The notes beneath the pieces are model-generated. The model was not told the origin of the DNA. It did no database searches and was given only the letters and a program-made list of their open reading frames with translations. DNA of 64,000 bases from an uncultured Alphaproteobacteria bacterium (GTDB taxonomy: Bacteria > Pseudomonadota > Alphaproteobacteria > RF32 > CAG-239). The number at the start of each line of letters is the position of its first letter. Positions within the stretch are counted from its first letter, which is position 1. Below are positions 49,374-60,556 of the stretch, piece after piece. A program made the position numbers and the translations under genes. The stretch spans positions 30 through 64,029 of the forward strand of contig CAKQSV010000008.1 of the NCBI GenBank assembly GCA_934273635.1, read 5' to 3'.

Positions 49374-50927
49374 TTATTTCTTGTTTTTATAAGGAAATTT
49401 TAGCCTAAAAGTTGTGCCTTTGCCAATTTGGGAGCTGACTTTGATGTCGCCGCCAAAGTTGTGCAACAGGGATTTGACAATCGCCAAGCCCAAACCGGTG
49501 TGTTTGTGATCGGCGTCGTTGCTGTAAAACGGCTCGAAAATATGCGGCAGTTGTGGTTTGGCAATGCCCTCGCCGCTATCGGTAATTAATATCTCTAAAA
49601 AACGCGGGTGACCGATAACAGAAAAGTCAAGTTTGCCACCGTGAGGCATGGCTTTGACGGCATTTTGCGCCAGATTGAGAATAATCATTTTAAAATCGGT
49701 TTCGTTGCCATGCACAGGGGCAGGTTCACCGCTTTGTTCAAGGCTGACGGCAATGCCGTTGCGCGTCGCCTCATAGTCCAACAGGGCGCAGATTTCGTTA
49801 ATGTTTTCCACGCAGTCAATCGGCTGATTATTATCGGGGGAAAATTGCGCCAGTTTGAGCAGACGCTCGGGGATTTTTATGCACTCCAACAGTTGGTCAT
49901 AGATGAGTTCAAGGTATTTTTGCTGTGAAGTTGGCGGCAGGTTGCTTTGCAACAGGCTTTCAAATATCAGGCGCATGGAGCCGAGGTTGTTTTTGATTTC
50001 GTGGGCAATGGAGGCTGTCAAAAAGCCCAGAGAAGAAATTTTTTCCTGATGAGAAAACTTGATGTCATCGCTGAGGTCGCGGAAAGATTCAATTATCAGC
50101 GGTTGGTCGGTGGCGTCTATGCGCGCGGCGTTGACTGACAGATATTGCTTTTGACCACTGTGAAGCTGTTGGATAAAACGGATGTTGTTTTTGGTTTGCA
50201 GGTTTTTCAGCGGGCAGTCAACCATACTCGGCGGGCAGGGGGTGTGACGTCCGAGCAATGAAGCATAGCATTTGACGCCGATATTTGTATCTCCGAATTT
50301 TTGGCGGTAGGTGCGGTTGGTCATGATAATACCTCCGGAAAAATCAATAACACGCAGGGCATCCGGTAAACCGTCAATAATGTTTTGCAAAAATTCTTTT
50401 TGGTTGTTAATGCGGGCAATTTGCTCCTCAATGTTGCTCAACATACCGTTGTAGGTGTGTTCGAGGGTGTTAAACTCGTCACTGAACAGGCGTTGCGGCA
50501 AGTGCAGTCGCTGCGAATAGGTACCTTGCTGTACGATTTTATTGATTTTGGAAAAGTGGCGGACAGGGCGCAGTATCAGGCGGTGCAAAAACAAAATCAG
50601 CAGCATAATCATCAGGCTGAAAAGGCTCAGACTGACCAAAATGAGGGTCAAATTCTGCTCCAGCATATTGTAGCGCTGCGCCTCTTGCTCAACCAATTTT
50701 TGTTTGGTGAGGTTGTCGCCGGCAGTGTCGGGCGTTTGCTCGGCTTTCAGGCTGTTGTAACGATACAAAAGTTCGTTATATTGCGTGTTTCTTAAATGTA
50801 AAAATTGCTGGTCTTCTTGAAGTTTGCTGTTGTAGAGACTATATAGCGTGTATCCGAAGATGCTGAAGCTCAGAACGAAAAAAGCAACGATGGATATTAT
50901 TATCTTTTTATTGAGACTGAGAAACAT
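49374..50927 (-). CDS. Sensor histidine kinase, NtrY-like (TM, HAMP-like, PAS, HisKA, HATPase); no adjacent response regulator
   Basis: H-box IAHEIKNNLGSMRL (NtrY-like HEIKNPL); G-boxes GLGLAIV. Confidence 0.75.
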   Translation of the reverse strand: MFLSLNKKIIISIVAFFVLSFSIFGYTLYSLYNSKLQEDQQFLHLRNTQYNELLYRYNSLKAEQTPDTAGDNLTKQKLVEQEAQRYNMLEQNLTLILVSLSLFSLMIMLLILFLHRLILRPVRHFSKINKIVQQGTYSQRLHLPQRLFSDEFNTLEHTYNGMLSNIEEQIARINNQKEFLQNIIDGLPDALRVIDFSGGIIMTNRTYRQKFGDTNIGVKCYASLLGRHTPCPPSMVDCPLKNLQTKNNIRFIQQLHSGQKQYLSVNAARIDATDQPLIIESFRDLSDDIKFSHQEKISSLGFLTASIAHEIKNNLGSMRLIFESLLQSNLPPTSQQKYLELIYDQLLECIKIPERLLKLAQFSPDNNQPIDCVENINEICALLDYEATRNGIAVSLEQSGEPAPVHGNETDFKMIILNLAQNAVKAMPHGGKLDFSVIGHPRFLEILITDSGEGIAKPQLPHIFEPFYSNDADHKHTGLGLAIVKSLLHNFGGDIKVSSQIGKGTTFRLKFPYKNKK

Positions 50928-51014
50928 GTCTGCTTTTCCTGAAAATATTAGCTAATATTTAAGGATTGTAGCACTATTGTATTAATAAATTGAAAATATA
51001 CCGGACTGGAAGAT

Positions 51015-51245
51015 ATGACACAAAAAATTACTGAAACTGAATTTGACGTTGATTTGGAACTGCAAGAGGTTGGCGAAAACGTCTATCAAGACAATACTGT
51101 TTTTATTAAGGAAGATTTGCAAAACGGTAAGTGTTTTTGGGGAATTTATGACGCGGAAGGCAACCGTATGGCAGTGACCGAAAATCGCGATTGCGCTTTT
51201 GTGGTGGCGCGGCAAAATGACTTTGAACCGTGCAGTGTTCACTAA
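51015..51245 (+). CDS. DUF1150-family small protein
   Basis: 76 aa ending ...FEPCSVH, as in alphaproteobacterial DUF1150 members. Confidence 0.45.
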   Translation: MTQKITETEFDVDLELQEVGENVYQDNTVFIKEDLQNGKCFWGIYDAEGNRMAVTENRDCAFVVARQNDFEPCSVH

Positions 51246-51251
51246 GCACAC

Positions 51252-51286
51252 AAAAAAAGAGTTCCAAATTCGGAACTCTTTTTTGT
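51252..51286. terminator. Bidirectional terminator (aagagttcc-aaatt-ggaactctt followed by TTTTT)
   Basis: 9-bp perfect stem. Confidence 0.7.
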
Positions 51287-51300
51287 TGGTGCCATAAAAT

Positions 51301-51744
51301 TTAGCTGTTTAATAAGGCGTAAACTTCTTCTTTGTCGGTAGCGTCACGCAGTTTGTCGACCATGGCGCTGTCTTTTAACAGGCGGGAAACCTGAGCCAAT
51401 GCGGTCAGGTGGTCGGCGCCGCTGCTCTCGGGTGAAAGCAGCAAAAACAACGTGTCTACCGGTTTGCCGTCAATGGCGTCAAAGTCCACCGGCGTGGCCA
51501 AACGAGCAAAGAAAACATAAACTTTATCAAGCTCGGGCAGGCGACCGTGCGGCAGAGCCGTACCGTTGCCAAAACCGGTCGAACCCAAATTTTCGCGCTC
51601 TAAAAGGGCGTCAAAAATGGTGCGGTCATTAACTTTAGTAATGCCGGCGGCAAACTGTGACAGCTCTTGAAGCAACTGACGTTTGTTTTTGGCTTTGACC
51701 GACAACAAAACAGAATCGACAGACATTATGTCAGAAATTTTCAT
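51301..51744 (-). CDS. ptsN: Nitrogen-regulatory PTS EIIA-Ntr
   Basis: EIIA-2 fold with the active-site His region (GNGTALPHGRL). Confidence 0.85.
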   Translation of the reverse strand: MKISDIMSVDSVLLSVKAKNKRQLLQELSQFAAGITKVNDRTIFDALLERENLGSTGFGNGTALPHGRLPELDKVYVFFARLATPVDFDAIDGKPVDTLFLLLSPESSGADHLTALAQVSRLLKDSAMVDKLRDATDKEEVYALLNS

Positions 51745-51764
51745 CTTATAACCTTATGACTAAA

Positions 51765-52331
51765 TTAATTTTCAGTTTTGGGCTCAACCCAACCGATGTT
51801 ACCGTCTTTGCGGCGGTATACCATGCTGATGTGGTTGTTGGCGCTGTTGCGGAACATCAAAGCGCACTCGTTGACCAAATCCATGTGCATAACGGCTTCA
51901 CTCACCGTACATACCGGAATATTAGCTTCGGTCTCGGCAATCGTCAAAGGTGCGTTCTCGTCAATTTCCATCTCGTCTTCGGAAATATGCAACGGATAAA
52001 CAGCCTCGCTAGCCATTTCAGCCAAACCGGTTTTGCCTTTGTGGTCGTTCAATTTGGTTTTGTGGCGGCGCAAACGGGTCGCGATGTGGATGTTGGCATC
52101 GTCAAATGCAGAATAAGGATCACTTGCAATACCTGAACCTTTTAAGACAATGTTGCGAGCCGGATGAACTGTAACTTCGGCACTGAAGTTGTCGCCTTCT
52201 TTTGAAAAAGCAACGGTGCAGCTAATCGGGGCAGGAAAATATTTATTAACGGAGTTCAAAACGCCTTCTTCAACGTGTGAACGGAGCTTTTCTCCGATGT
52301 CTACTTGTTTGCCTGTTAATGTAATTTGCAT
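51765..52331 (-). CDS. hpf: Ribosome hibernation-promoting factor (long form)
   Basis: MQITLTGKQVDIGEKLRSHVEE...; position between rpoN and ptsN. Confidence 0.9.
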   Translation of the reverse strand: MQITLTGKQVDIGEKLRSHVEEGVLNSVNKYFPAPISCTVAFSKEGDNFSAEVTVHPARNIVLKGSGIASDPYSAFDDANIHIATRLRRHKTKLNDHKGKTGLAEMASEAVYPLHISEDEMEIDENAPLTIAETEANIPVCTVSEAVMHMDLVNECALMFRNSANNHISMVYRRKDGNIGWVEPKTEN

Positions 52332-52460
52332 GATTTTTCCTCATTTCTATTAAAAAAATTCTACCATATCAATTTACCATTGATAAATATGGATTTCAAT
52401 CAGTAAAACAGATAATAACAGATTTGTGCAAAAGTCAAGCCCTAAAACCGCAGGCACGGC

Positions 52461-53936
52461 TTATATTTGCCGTTCGCGGCGGCTGCGTTTGCGCTGTGCC
52501 GAGGTGGGGATGCCCATTTCGTCACGATATTTGGCAACCGTGCGACGGGCGATTTTAATGCTTTGCGCCGCCAGTTTTTCAACCAACGCGTCGTCGGACA
52601 AAATGTGGTCGCCCTCGTGGTCTATCAGCTGTTTGAGCAGGTGTTTGATGCGGGTGGTGGAGGTTTGCTCGTCACCGTTATACATGCCGGCTTTGGCGCT
52701 GAAAAAATATTTGAGCTCAAAAGTGCCGCAGGGGGCGTGCAGGTATTTATGCGCGGTGGCGCGGCTGACGGTGCTTTCGTGCATTTCTACAGCCTCGGCA
52801 ACGTCTTTGAGCAACATGGGGCGGATGTGGTCAATACCGTATTCAAAAAAGTCATGTTGGCGTTTGACAATCTCGGTGCTGATACGCAATATCGTTTCGG
52901 CACGTTGGTGCAAAGCCTTAACCAAAAAATTGGCGCCGGAAAGTTGTTCTTTGAGGTATTTTTTTTCGGCTTTGGCTTTGGCGGAAAAACGCAAGGTGTC
53001 AATGTATTCGCGGTTTATCAGCACACGGGGGAGGGTGTCTTGATTGAGCTCAACCGTGTAGTCGCCATATTTGCCGCGGCGGACAAAAACATCGGGCACA
53101 ATATAACTGTTGCCGTCTGTTTGGTAGTTAGCCAAAGGTTTGGGGTTGAGCGCTTTGATGTCGGCAATCATTGAGGCTAAGTCATCATCGTCCGCGTGGC
53201 AGAGCTTTTTGAGGGCTTTAAAATTACGCGCCGCGAGCAAGTCTAAATGCTCCAGAAAAATCAGCATCATAGCGTCAAGGCGGTTGGCGTCTCGCAGTTG
53301 CGCGCTCAAACACTCCTTGAGGTTGGTGGCAAAAATGCCGGAAGGCTCGAAAGTTTGCAGAACACTTAAAATTTTTTGCAGGTCGGGGAGGGCAATATGA
53401 GTTTGGGCGCTGATTTGCTCTAAGTTGCCGGTAAAGTAGCCGGCGCCGTCCAAAAAACTGCACAGGCGCGAGGCAATCAGGCGGTCGCGGGCTGTGGTAA
53501 AACGTCCCGAGATTTGGCTGTCAAGCAACTCATAAACCGATTGCGGGCGGGCGGCTTTTTGTGATAGATAGTCAAAATCTTCATCGGTGTCTTTGCCTTT
53601 GCCGCTTAACTGAGCGTCCCAACTCGGCTCATAGCCCTCACGGTCGCTGCCATAGTCGTCAAAGGCGTTGTCTTCATCTATATCGGGGGCAAAATCTTCG
53701 GTATTTGAAGTTTGTTCGGCGTTATAATCGTCGATGGTTTGCTCGCCGGTTTCGGCGTCGGCCATGCGGTCGTCTTCCCGCTCCAACAACGGATTGCTTT
53801 GCAGTTCTTGCTCAACTAATTCGGTCAGCTCAAGATTGTTCAGTTGCAACAAACCGATTGCCTGCCGCAACTGCGCGGTCATGAGCAACGACTGTGACTG
53901 TTTTATTTCAATCCTTGGGGTGACAGCCATGGCCAT
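52461..53936 (-). CDS. rpoN: RNA polymerase sigma-54 factor
   Basis: Gln/Leu-rich N-terminus; RpoN box ARRTVAKYR; HTH. Confidence 0.95.
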   Translation of the reverse strand: MAMAVTPRIEIKQSQSLLMTAQLRQAIGLLQLNNLELTELVEQELQSNPLLEREDDRMADAETGEQTIDDYNAEQTSNTEDFAPDIDEDNAFDDYGSDREGYEPSWDAQLSGKGKDTDEDFDYLSQKAARPQSVYELLDSQISGRFTTARDRLIASRLCSFLDGAGYFTGNLEQISAQTHIALPDLQKILSVLQTFEPSGIFATNLKECLSAQLRDANRLDAMMLIFLEHLDLLAARNFKALKKLCHADDDDLASMIADIKALNPKPLANYQTDGNSYIVPDVFVRRGKYGDYTVELNQDTLPRVLINREYIDTLRFSAKAKAEKKYLKEQLSGANFLVKALHQRAETILRISTEIVKRQHDFFEYGIDHIRPMLLKDVAEAVEMHESTVSRATAHKYLHAPCGTFELKYFFSAKAGMYNGDEQTSTTRIKHLLKQLIDHEGDHILSDDALVEKLAAQSIKIARRTVAKYRDEMGIPTSAQRKRSRRERQI

Positions 53937-53945
53937 GCCCTTGGG

Positions 53946-54692
53946 TTACATTGAGAAATTATCGCCGAGGTAGACTTTGCGAACTTCTTTGTTGTTGACG
54001 ATTTCGTCCGGCGTGCCTTCCATCAGCACAGTGCCTCCATGGAGAATATAGGCGCGGTCGGTAATGTCCAAGGTTTCACGAACGTTGTGGTCGGTTATCA
54101 ACACGCCCAAGCCACGCAGTTTGAGCTGAGCCACCAGATTGCGGATTTCACCAACGGCAATCGGGTCAATACCCGCCAACGGTTCGTCAAGCAAAATAAA
54201 GTTCGGCTGGCTGGCTAAGGCGCGGGCAATCTCAAGACGGCGACGCTCACCGCCGGATAGGGCAATTGCTGGAGATTTACGCAAGTGGGCGATTGAAAAT
54301 TCCGACAACAGTTCTTCCAACATATTCTCGCGGCGGCTTTCATCCTCAATAACCACTTCAAGAATCGCTTTGATGTTGTCTTCAACACTCAGTGAGCGGA
54401 AAATAGAAGCCTCTTGCGGCAGATAGCCAATACCCATACGGGCGCGGCGATACATCGGCAAGTTGGTAATGTCTTGTCCGTCAATATGCACGTCGCCGTA
54501 GTCAGGGGTTATCAGTCCGGTCACACAATAAAAACAGGTGGTTTTACCGGCGCCGTTAGGACCCAAAAGTCCCACAGCCTCGCCACGTTTGACATTGAGC
54601 GAAACATTGCGCAACACCGGACGGTTTTTATATTTTTTGCCGATGTTGAAGACTTCAAGAGTCGAGACGGGAGTGGTGTTTTTGGTTCTCAT
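53946..54692 (-). CDS. lptB: LPS export ABC transporter ATP-binding protein
   Basis: Walker A GPNGAGKTT; LSGGERRRLE; Walker B ILLDEP. Confidence 0.95.
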   Translation of the reverse strand: MRTKNTTPVSTLEVFNIGKKYKNRPVLRNVSLNVKRGEAVGLLGPNGAGKTTCFYCVTGLITPDYGDVHIDGQDITNLPMYRRARMGIGYLPQEASIFRSLSVEDNIKAILEVVIEDESRRENMLEELLSEFSIAHLRKSPAIALSGGERRRLEIARALASQPNFILLDEPLAGIDPIAVGEIRNLVAQLKLRGLGVLITDHNVRETLDITDRAYILHGGTVLMEGTPDEIVNNKEVRKVYLGDNFSM

Positions 54693-54704
54693 GAGCTTAG
54701 CCTA

Positions 54705-55493
54705 TTATTGTTTTTTCTTTTTGTTGTGGAACACGCCGGAAACGCGGCTACCTTTATTTTTGCCTGCCAACAGGCGACTGATGCCGGTTTTGAGGTCGGT
54801 CTCGGCGTATTCGCCTTTTAAAATATCGTTATTTTGATTTATTACAACATTTTCAAATATTTTCAACTTGTTTTCAAGCGGAAAATAAACACCGCGTCGG
54901 CCGGTGACGGTCGATTGTTTGTTGACAATTTTAACCGGTTTGCCTTTGGCATAAATCTCAACGCGGTTCAGGGTCTTTTTGCCTTGTTTGTCGGTGTCAA
55001 AATAACTAATCATTTTGTCGGCGTAGACGGTGTAGTCGGGGTTCTTGGCCACAACATCGCCTTCGGCAATCGACTTGTTCTCGGCACCCAGATAAGTGAT
55101 GCTGCCGGTGGCGGTAATCTCACCGGTGGCGTTTTCAAGTCGAGCGGGAGAGCCGGTCAATACGGCGGTTTGGGTGGGTAGGTCGTAGTTAAAATGCTCG
55201 CCTTTGCCGTTGGCGCCGTCAACCTCCAAACGCACCGCGCCGTCAGAGAGAATTTTTTGTATTTGGTTCTTCTGTTCGCCGTTTTCCAACATGACTTTTT
55301 CATAAATCATAGTCAGAACGTTACCTTTCAGAGTATTGGTGTTTTTGGTGGCAACAGCGTTGCCGATGGCCACAATTTTTTGCTCGTCGCGATACCACTC
55401 GACACGCTCGTCGGCATCAATATTAATGTCATTGGCGCGCGCCTGAAATGACAGCAGGCAGAGGGCGGAAAGCAGGATAATTTTTTTCATCAA
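54705..55493 (-). CDS. lptA: LPS transport periplasmic protein LptA
   Basis: Signal peptide and OstA-like beta-jellyroll repeats; position between lptC and lptB. Confidence 0.8.
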   Translation of the reverse strand: MMKKIILLSALCLLSFQARANDINIDADERVEWYRDEQKIVAIGNAVATKNTNTLKGNVLTMIYEKVMLENGEQKNQIQKILSDGAVRLEVDGANGKGEHFNYDLPTQTAVLTGSPARLENATGEITATGSITYLGAENKSIAEGDVVAKNPDYTVYADKMISYFDTDKQGKKTLNRVEIYAKGKPVKIVNKQSTVTGRRGVYFPLENKLKIFENVVINQNNDILKGEYAETDLKTGISRLLAGKNKGSRVSGVFHNKKKKQ

Positions 55494-56164
55494 AATCCTC
55501 CCTCGGCGGCGTCTGACTGAATATTTATATGGCTTTTACCGGTATAAATCAGCAGATTTTTATCTTTGTAATATTCAAAACCCTGCGCGGTGATTTTGGC
55601 TTTTTCGGCGGTGGTGACAATCGGGGTGTTGCCATAGGCTTTACCGGTGTTAAAGTCAACAAACATCTCGGCGGTGTCGGTGGTGAGACCCGCGCTGTAT
55701 TCAATGTTGACGCCGTTGGTCAGGCGCAGCATTTGGGTGTTTTGGTCATAAAAACCTAACGGCGACTTGATTTTGACTTCATCTTGCGCGGCGGTCGGAA
55801 TCGTGCCGCGAGGATTTATCATTTTGATGATTTTGGAACCGGCCTCGGTTTCGTCCAATGTGTCGGCGTTAAAGTTGTTGACCATATTTTTATAGTCGGT
55901 GATGTAAAACACGCTTTTTTCCATGTGAAATTTTTCCAACTCGCTTTTGTTGGGCGTAATCACCTCGGCGGCAACATCGTTCAGGTTTTTTTTGAGCTGT
56001 GGCATAACAATCAAAAAACCGGTCAGCAACGCGGCCAAAGACGGCAGCGCCAACTTGACAAAGGTCATCACGCGCTTGCGGCGGTTGGGTTTGGAAACAA
56101 GCTTAAAAGTGAGCTGTTGCGGTTGCTCTGAAAAGTAGTTGTCAATTTTTTGCGAATCGAACAC
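55490..56164 (-). CDS. lptC: LPS export protein LptC
   Basis: Single N-terminal TM; 4-bp overlap with lptA; position. Confidence 0.7.
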   Translation of the reverse strand: MFDSQKIDNYFSEQPQQLTFKLVSKPNRRKRVMTFVKLALPSLAALLTGFLIVMPQLKKNLNDVAAEVITPNKSELEKFHMEKSVFYITDYKNMVNNFNADTLDETEAGSKIIKMINPRGTIPTAAQDEVKIKSPLGFYDQNTQMLRLTNGVNIEYSAGLTTDTAEMFVDFNTGKAYGNTPIVTTAEKAKITAQGFEYYKDKNLLIYTGKSHINIQSDAAEGGF

Positions 56165-57124
56165 TTAGGCCACTCCCGCGCGTAAGCAGTCATGCAAGTG
56201 GATAACGCCCAACGGGGTGTCGTTGTCATCAATTACAAACAACTGCGTAATTTTTTTGGTGTTCATAATGTTGACCACTTCAGCCACCAACATATCGGGA
56301 GTGGTGGTTTTGGGGTGGCGTGTCATTACTTCGGTAACGTTTTTGCTCAAAACATCGGGCGCAAGGCACCGGCGCAAGTCACCGTCAGTGATGATGCCTT
56401 GCAAGTGATTTTGAGCGTCAACAACGCCAACGCAACCCAACATTTTAGAGGTCATCACCAACAGAGCCTCCTGCATATCGGCGGTCTCGGAAACAAGCGG
56501 CATTTCATCGCCGCGGTGCATGAGGTCAGACACTTTTTGCAAAAAGGCGCCAAGTTTGCCGCCGGGGTGGCGTTGTTTGAAGTCGGTTTTGGAAAAGCCT
56601 TTGCGCTCCAACAGACAAACCGCCAAAATATCACCTAATACCGCGGTGGCGGTGGTGGATGATGTCGGCGCCAAACCTAACGGACAAGCCTCGCCGTCAT
56701 CGGGCAGGCGCAAGACAAAATCTCCGGCTTTGCCTAACGAACTGTCGGGATTTTTGGTCATGGCAATCAGTGGAATACCGTAGCGCTTGCAGTATATAAT
56801 AATGTCGGAAAGCTCTTTGGATTCACCGCCGTTAGATATGGCGAGAACACAGTCGTTTTCGGTCAACATACCGAGGTCGCCGTGGCTGGCTTCGGCCGGA
56901 TGAACAAAAAACGACGGCGTGCCGGTCGAGGCCAAAGTGGCGGCAATTTTGCGCCCGATATGCCCCGATTTGCCCATGCCGGTCACAATCACGCGGCCTT
57001 TGATGTTTTGCATTAAGTCCAGAGCCTTGGTCAGACTGTCATCAAGCTCGCTACGCATCATGTTGAGAGCTTCGACTTCCTTGTCTATGGTGCGGCGGGC
57101 GGAGGTTATGTCTTGGTTTTCCAC
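56165..57124 (-). CDS. kdsD: Arabinose-5-phosphate isomerase (SIS + tandem CBS)
   Basis: SIS motif GRVIVTGMGKSGHIG plus C-terminal CBS pair. Confidence 0.9.
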   Translation of the reverse strand: MENQDITSARRTIDKEVEALNMMRSELDDSLTKALDLMQNIKGRVIVTGMGKSGHIGRKIAATLASTGTPSFFVHPAEASHGDLGMLTENDCVLAISNGGESKELSDIIIYCKRYGIPLIAMTKNPDSSLGKAGDFVLRLPDDGEACPLGLAPTSSTTATAVLGDILAVCLLERKGFSKTDFKQRHPGGKLGAFLQKVSDLMHRGDEMPLVSETADMQEALLVMTSKMLGCVGVVDAQNHLQGIITDGDLRRCLAPDVLSKNVTEVMTRHPKTTTPDMLVAEVVNIMNTKKITQLFVIDDNDTPLGVIHLHDCLRAGVA

Positions 57125-57362
57125 AGCGGGTCTCCTAAAAATTTTATAATAGTTCCATGTTGCCGAGATTATTATCTTGTTGCGGTAATAGCAAGGTTTT
57201 TTTAGCGGTTATACAGCTCAAACCTTAATTTTTGACAAAGCAAACGGCTTTTTCGGAAAATATCAGAACGGAATCTTGGCGCAAAAAGAGTCGGTTAACG
57301 GCTCTATGATAGTTTAAAAGAACTTTTTTAGACTCAAAAAGAAGGTTTTTCGCAAAAAGCGG

Positions 57363-57391
57363 TTGACTTATTGAAAATATGAATCTAGTAT
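57363..57391 (+). promoter_or_regulatory. str-operon promoter candidate (TTGACT, 17 nt spacer, TAGTAT)
   Basis: TTGACT at 57363-57368 and TAGTAT at 57386-57391, about 90 nt upstream of rpsL. Confidence 0.5.
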
Positions 57392-57483
57392 GCCCAGACT
57401 CTTTGAAAAAGGCATGGGTTGTCTGTGCCCTTTTTGAACTGGATAAAAAGAACAATTTAATTTTAATTTTAAGGAAATTAGTG

Positions 57484-57855
57484 ATGCCTACAATTAATCA
57501 GTTAATTCGTAAATCACGAACACCAAAAGTGAAGAGAAACAAAGTTCCGGCTTTGAAAGCATGCCCACAAAAACGCGGTGTTTGTACAAGGGTTTATACA
57601 ACTACCCCGAAAAAACCGAACTCCGCTTTGCGTAAAGTGGCTCGTATTCGCTTGACAAACGGCTTTGAAGTAATCAGCTATATCCCTGGTGAAGGTCACA
57701 ACCTGCAAGAACACTCAGTGGTGCTGATTAGAGGAGGCCGTGTAAAAGACTTGCCTGGTGTTCGTTATCATATCATTCGTGGTACCTTGGATACTCAAGG
57801 TGTTTCTAAACGTCGTCAACGTCGTTCTCTGTACGGCGCAAAGAGACCTAAATAG
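57484..57855 (+). CDS. rpsL: 30S ribosomal protein S12
   Basis: [10 protein letters not shown]...; RBS AAGGA. Confidence 0.97.
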   Translation: MPTINQLIRKSRTPKVKRNKVPALKACPQKRGVCTRVYTTTPKKPNSALRKVARIRLTNGFEVISYIPGEGHNLQEHSVVLIRGGRVKDLPGVRYHIIRGTLDTQGVSKRRQRRSLYGAKRPK

Positions 57856-58338
<483 letters not shown>

Positions 58339-58359
58339 TCTAATTACAGGAAAACGAAA

Positions 58360-60435
58360 ATGGCTCGTACACATAAACTTGAAATGTATCGAAACATCGG
58401 TATCATGGCTCACATCGATGCCGGTAAGACAACAACCAGTGAGCGAATCCTTTATTATACAGGTCAAACCCACAAAATCGGTGAAGTGCATGACGGTGCC
58501 GCTACCATGGACTGGATGGAACAAGAGCAAGAGCGTGGTATTACCATTACTTCTGCCGCGACCACCTGTTACTGGAAAGGCTACCGCATTAACTTGATTG
58601 ATACTCCGGGACACGTTGACTTTACTGTTGAGGTAGAGCGTTCTTTGCGCGTTTTGGATGGTGCAATCACTGTATTTGACTCTGTTGCCGGTGTTGAACC
58701 GCAGTCTGAGACCGTATGGCGTCAGGCTGATAAATATGGTGTTCCCCGTATTTGTTTCTGCAACAAAATGGATCGTATCGGCGCTAACTTCTACCGCTGC
58801 TTGGATATGATTGTAGACCGTTTGGGCGCCCGTCCGATGGCTTTGCAGTTGCCAATCGGCGCAGAATCTGAGTTCCGCGGCGTTGTTGATTTGTTGAATA
58901 TGAACGCTATCATTTATACCGGTGATACCGCAGATTCTCCTATCGAAATTAAAGAAATTCCGGCTGATTTGAAAGAAAAGGCCGAGGAATATCACCACCA
59001 GTTGGTTGAAATGGCTGTTGAAGAAGACGAAGACGCCATGAACGATTATCTGGAAGGTAACGAGGTTTCGGTTGAGACTTTGAAAAAGTGTATTCGTAAA
59101 GGTGTGTTGAGTAGCAGCTTTGTTCCGGTATTGTGCGGTACTGCATTTAAGAATAAAGGTGTTCAGCCGTTGTTGGATGCCGTTATTGATTACTTGCCGT
59201 CTCCGGTTGATGTTCCGTCTATTGAAGGTACTTTGCCTGGGACTGATACCGTTGCCGTTAGACATCCGAGTGATGACGAGCCTTTAGCCGCTTTGGCATT
59301 TAAGATTATGAACGACCCGTTCGTTGGATCTTTGACCTTTACTCGTATCTATTCCGGTACCATGACCGCCGGTTCTTATATCTATAACTCTGTTAAAGAT
59401 AAAAAAGAGCGCGTTGGTCGTATGCTGTTGATGCACTCTAACAAACGTGAGGATTTGAAAGAGGCTCATGCCGGCGATATTATCGCTTTGGCAGGTTTGA
59501 AAGATACCACCACCGGTGATACTCTTTGCGATGCTTCTAAGCCTATCGTTTTGGAAAATATGGAGTTTCCGGATCCGGTTATTGAATTGGCTGTTGAGCC
59601 GAAGACCAAAGCTGACGTTGAGAAAATGGGCTTGGCATTGTCTCGTTTGGCAATGGAAGACCCGTCTTTCAAAGTAAGCTCTGATCCGGACAGCGGACAA
59701 ACCATTATTAAAGGTATGGGCGAATTGCACTTGGATATTATCGTTGACAGACTGCGTCGCGAATTTAAGGTTGACTGCAATGTCGGCGAGCCGCAAGTGG
59801 CTTATCGTGAAACCATTACCAAACCTTGCGATATTGAATACACCCACAAGAAACAATCCGGTGGTGCAGGTCAGTTCGCTAAAGTTAAAATCAAATTTGA
59901 GCCGATTGAAGGTTATAACGGTTTTGAATTTGAAAACACCGTTGTTGGCGGTAACGTTCCTAAGGAATATATCCCCGGTGTTGAAAAAGGTTTGCGCACA
60001 GCTATGGATGCCGGTGTTATCGCCGGATATCCGGTAAGCGGTGTTAAATGTACCTTGTATGATGGTGCTTACCACGAAGTCGACTCTAACGTTATGTGCT
60101 TTGAAATTGCTGCCCGCGCTGCTTTCCGTGAAGGTATGCGTCAGGCAAATGCCAAATTGTTGGAGCCGGTTATGAAGGTTGAAGTTGTTACCCCTGAAGA
60201 ATATATGGGTGATATCATCGGTGACCTGAACTCCCGTCGCGGTATGGTGAACGGTATGGATCAGAGAGCTAACGCTCGCGTTGTTGATGCGATGGTTCCT
60301 CTGGCCAATATGTTTGGTTATGTAAACACTCTGCGTTCTTTGTCTCAGGGTCGTGCTCAATTTACTATGGTATTTGATCACTATCAGGAAGTTCCGAAGG
60401 ATATCGCAGACAAAGTTAAAGCTAAAAATGCTTAA
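58360..60435 (+). CDS. fusA: Elongation factor G
   Basis: [13 protein letters not shown]..., DTPGHVDF. Confidence 0.97.
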   Translation: MARTHKLEMYRNIGIMAHIDAGKTTTSERILYYTGQTHKIGEVHDGAATMDWMEQEQERGITITSAATTCYWKGYRINLIDTPGHVDFTVEVERSLRVLDGAITVFDSVAGVEPQSETVWRQADKYGVPRICFCNKMDRIGANFYRCLDMIVDRLGARPMALQLPIGAESEFRGVVDLLNMNAIIYTGDTADSPIEIKEIPADLKEKAEEYHHQLVEMAVEEDEDAMNDYLEGNEVSVETLKKCIRKGVLSSSFVPVLCGTAFKNKGVQPLLDAVIDYLPSPVDVPSIEGTLPGTDTVAVRHPSDDEPLAALAFKIMNDPFVGSLTFTRIYSGTMTAGSYIYNSVKDKKERVGRMLLMHSNKREDLKEAHAGDIIALAGLKDTTTGDTLCDASKPIVLENMEFPDPVIELAVEPKTKADVEKMGLALSRLAMEDPSFKVSSDPDSGQTIIKGMGELHLDIIVDRLRREFKVDCNVGEPQVAYRETITKPCDIEYTHKKQSGGAGQFAKVKIKFEPIEGYNGFEFENTVVGGNVPKEYIPGVEKGLRTAMDAGVIAGYPVSGVKCTLYDGAYHEVDSNVMCFEIAARAAFREGMRQANAKLLEPVMKVEVVTPEEYMGDIIGDLNSRRGMVNGMDQRANARVVDAMVPLANMFGYVNTLRSLSQGRAQFTMVFDHYQEVPKDIADKVKAKNA

Positions 60436-60556
60436 AACTTGTGATTGATAAACGTTTGGCGGTGTTTGGGAAAGTTCCTTTTTCTGCAAACGCCGCGGAT
60501 GTTTTGATTGTAAAATTATTAGCAAAATTTGATTAATTTTATTTGGAGAGAAATAA

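Noticed and set aside
52467-53400. 235-aa and 86-aa plus-strand ORFs antisense to rpoN
   Set aside because: They are antisense to a confidently identified gene, so they are spurious.
52461-57124. Sigma-54 (-24/-12, TGGCAC-N5-TTGC) promoters in intergenic regions of the window
   Set aside because: A manual scan found TGGCAC at about 30525 and 48897, but neither is followed by a correctly spaced TTGC or lies intergenic. No supportable RpoN promoter was found.
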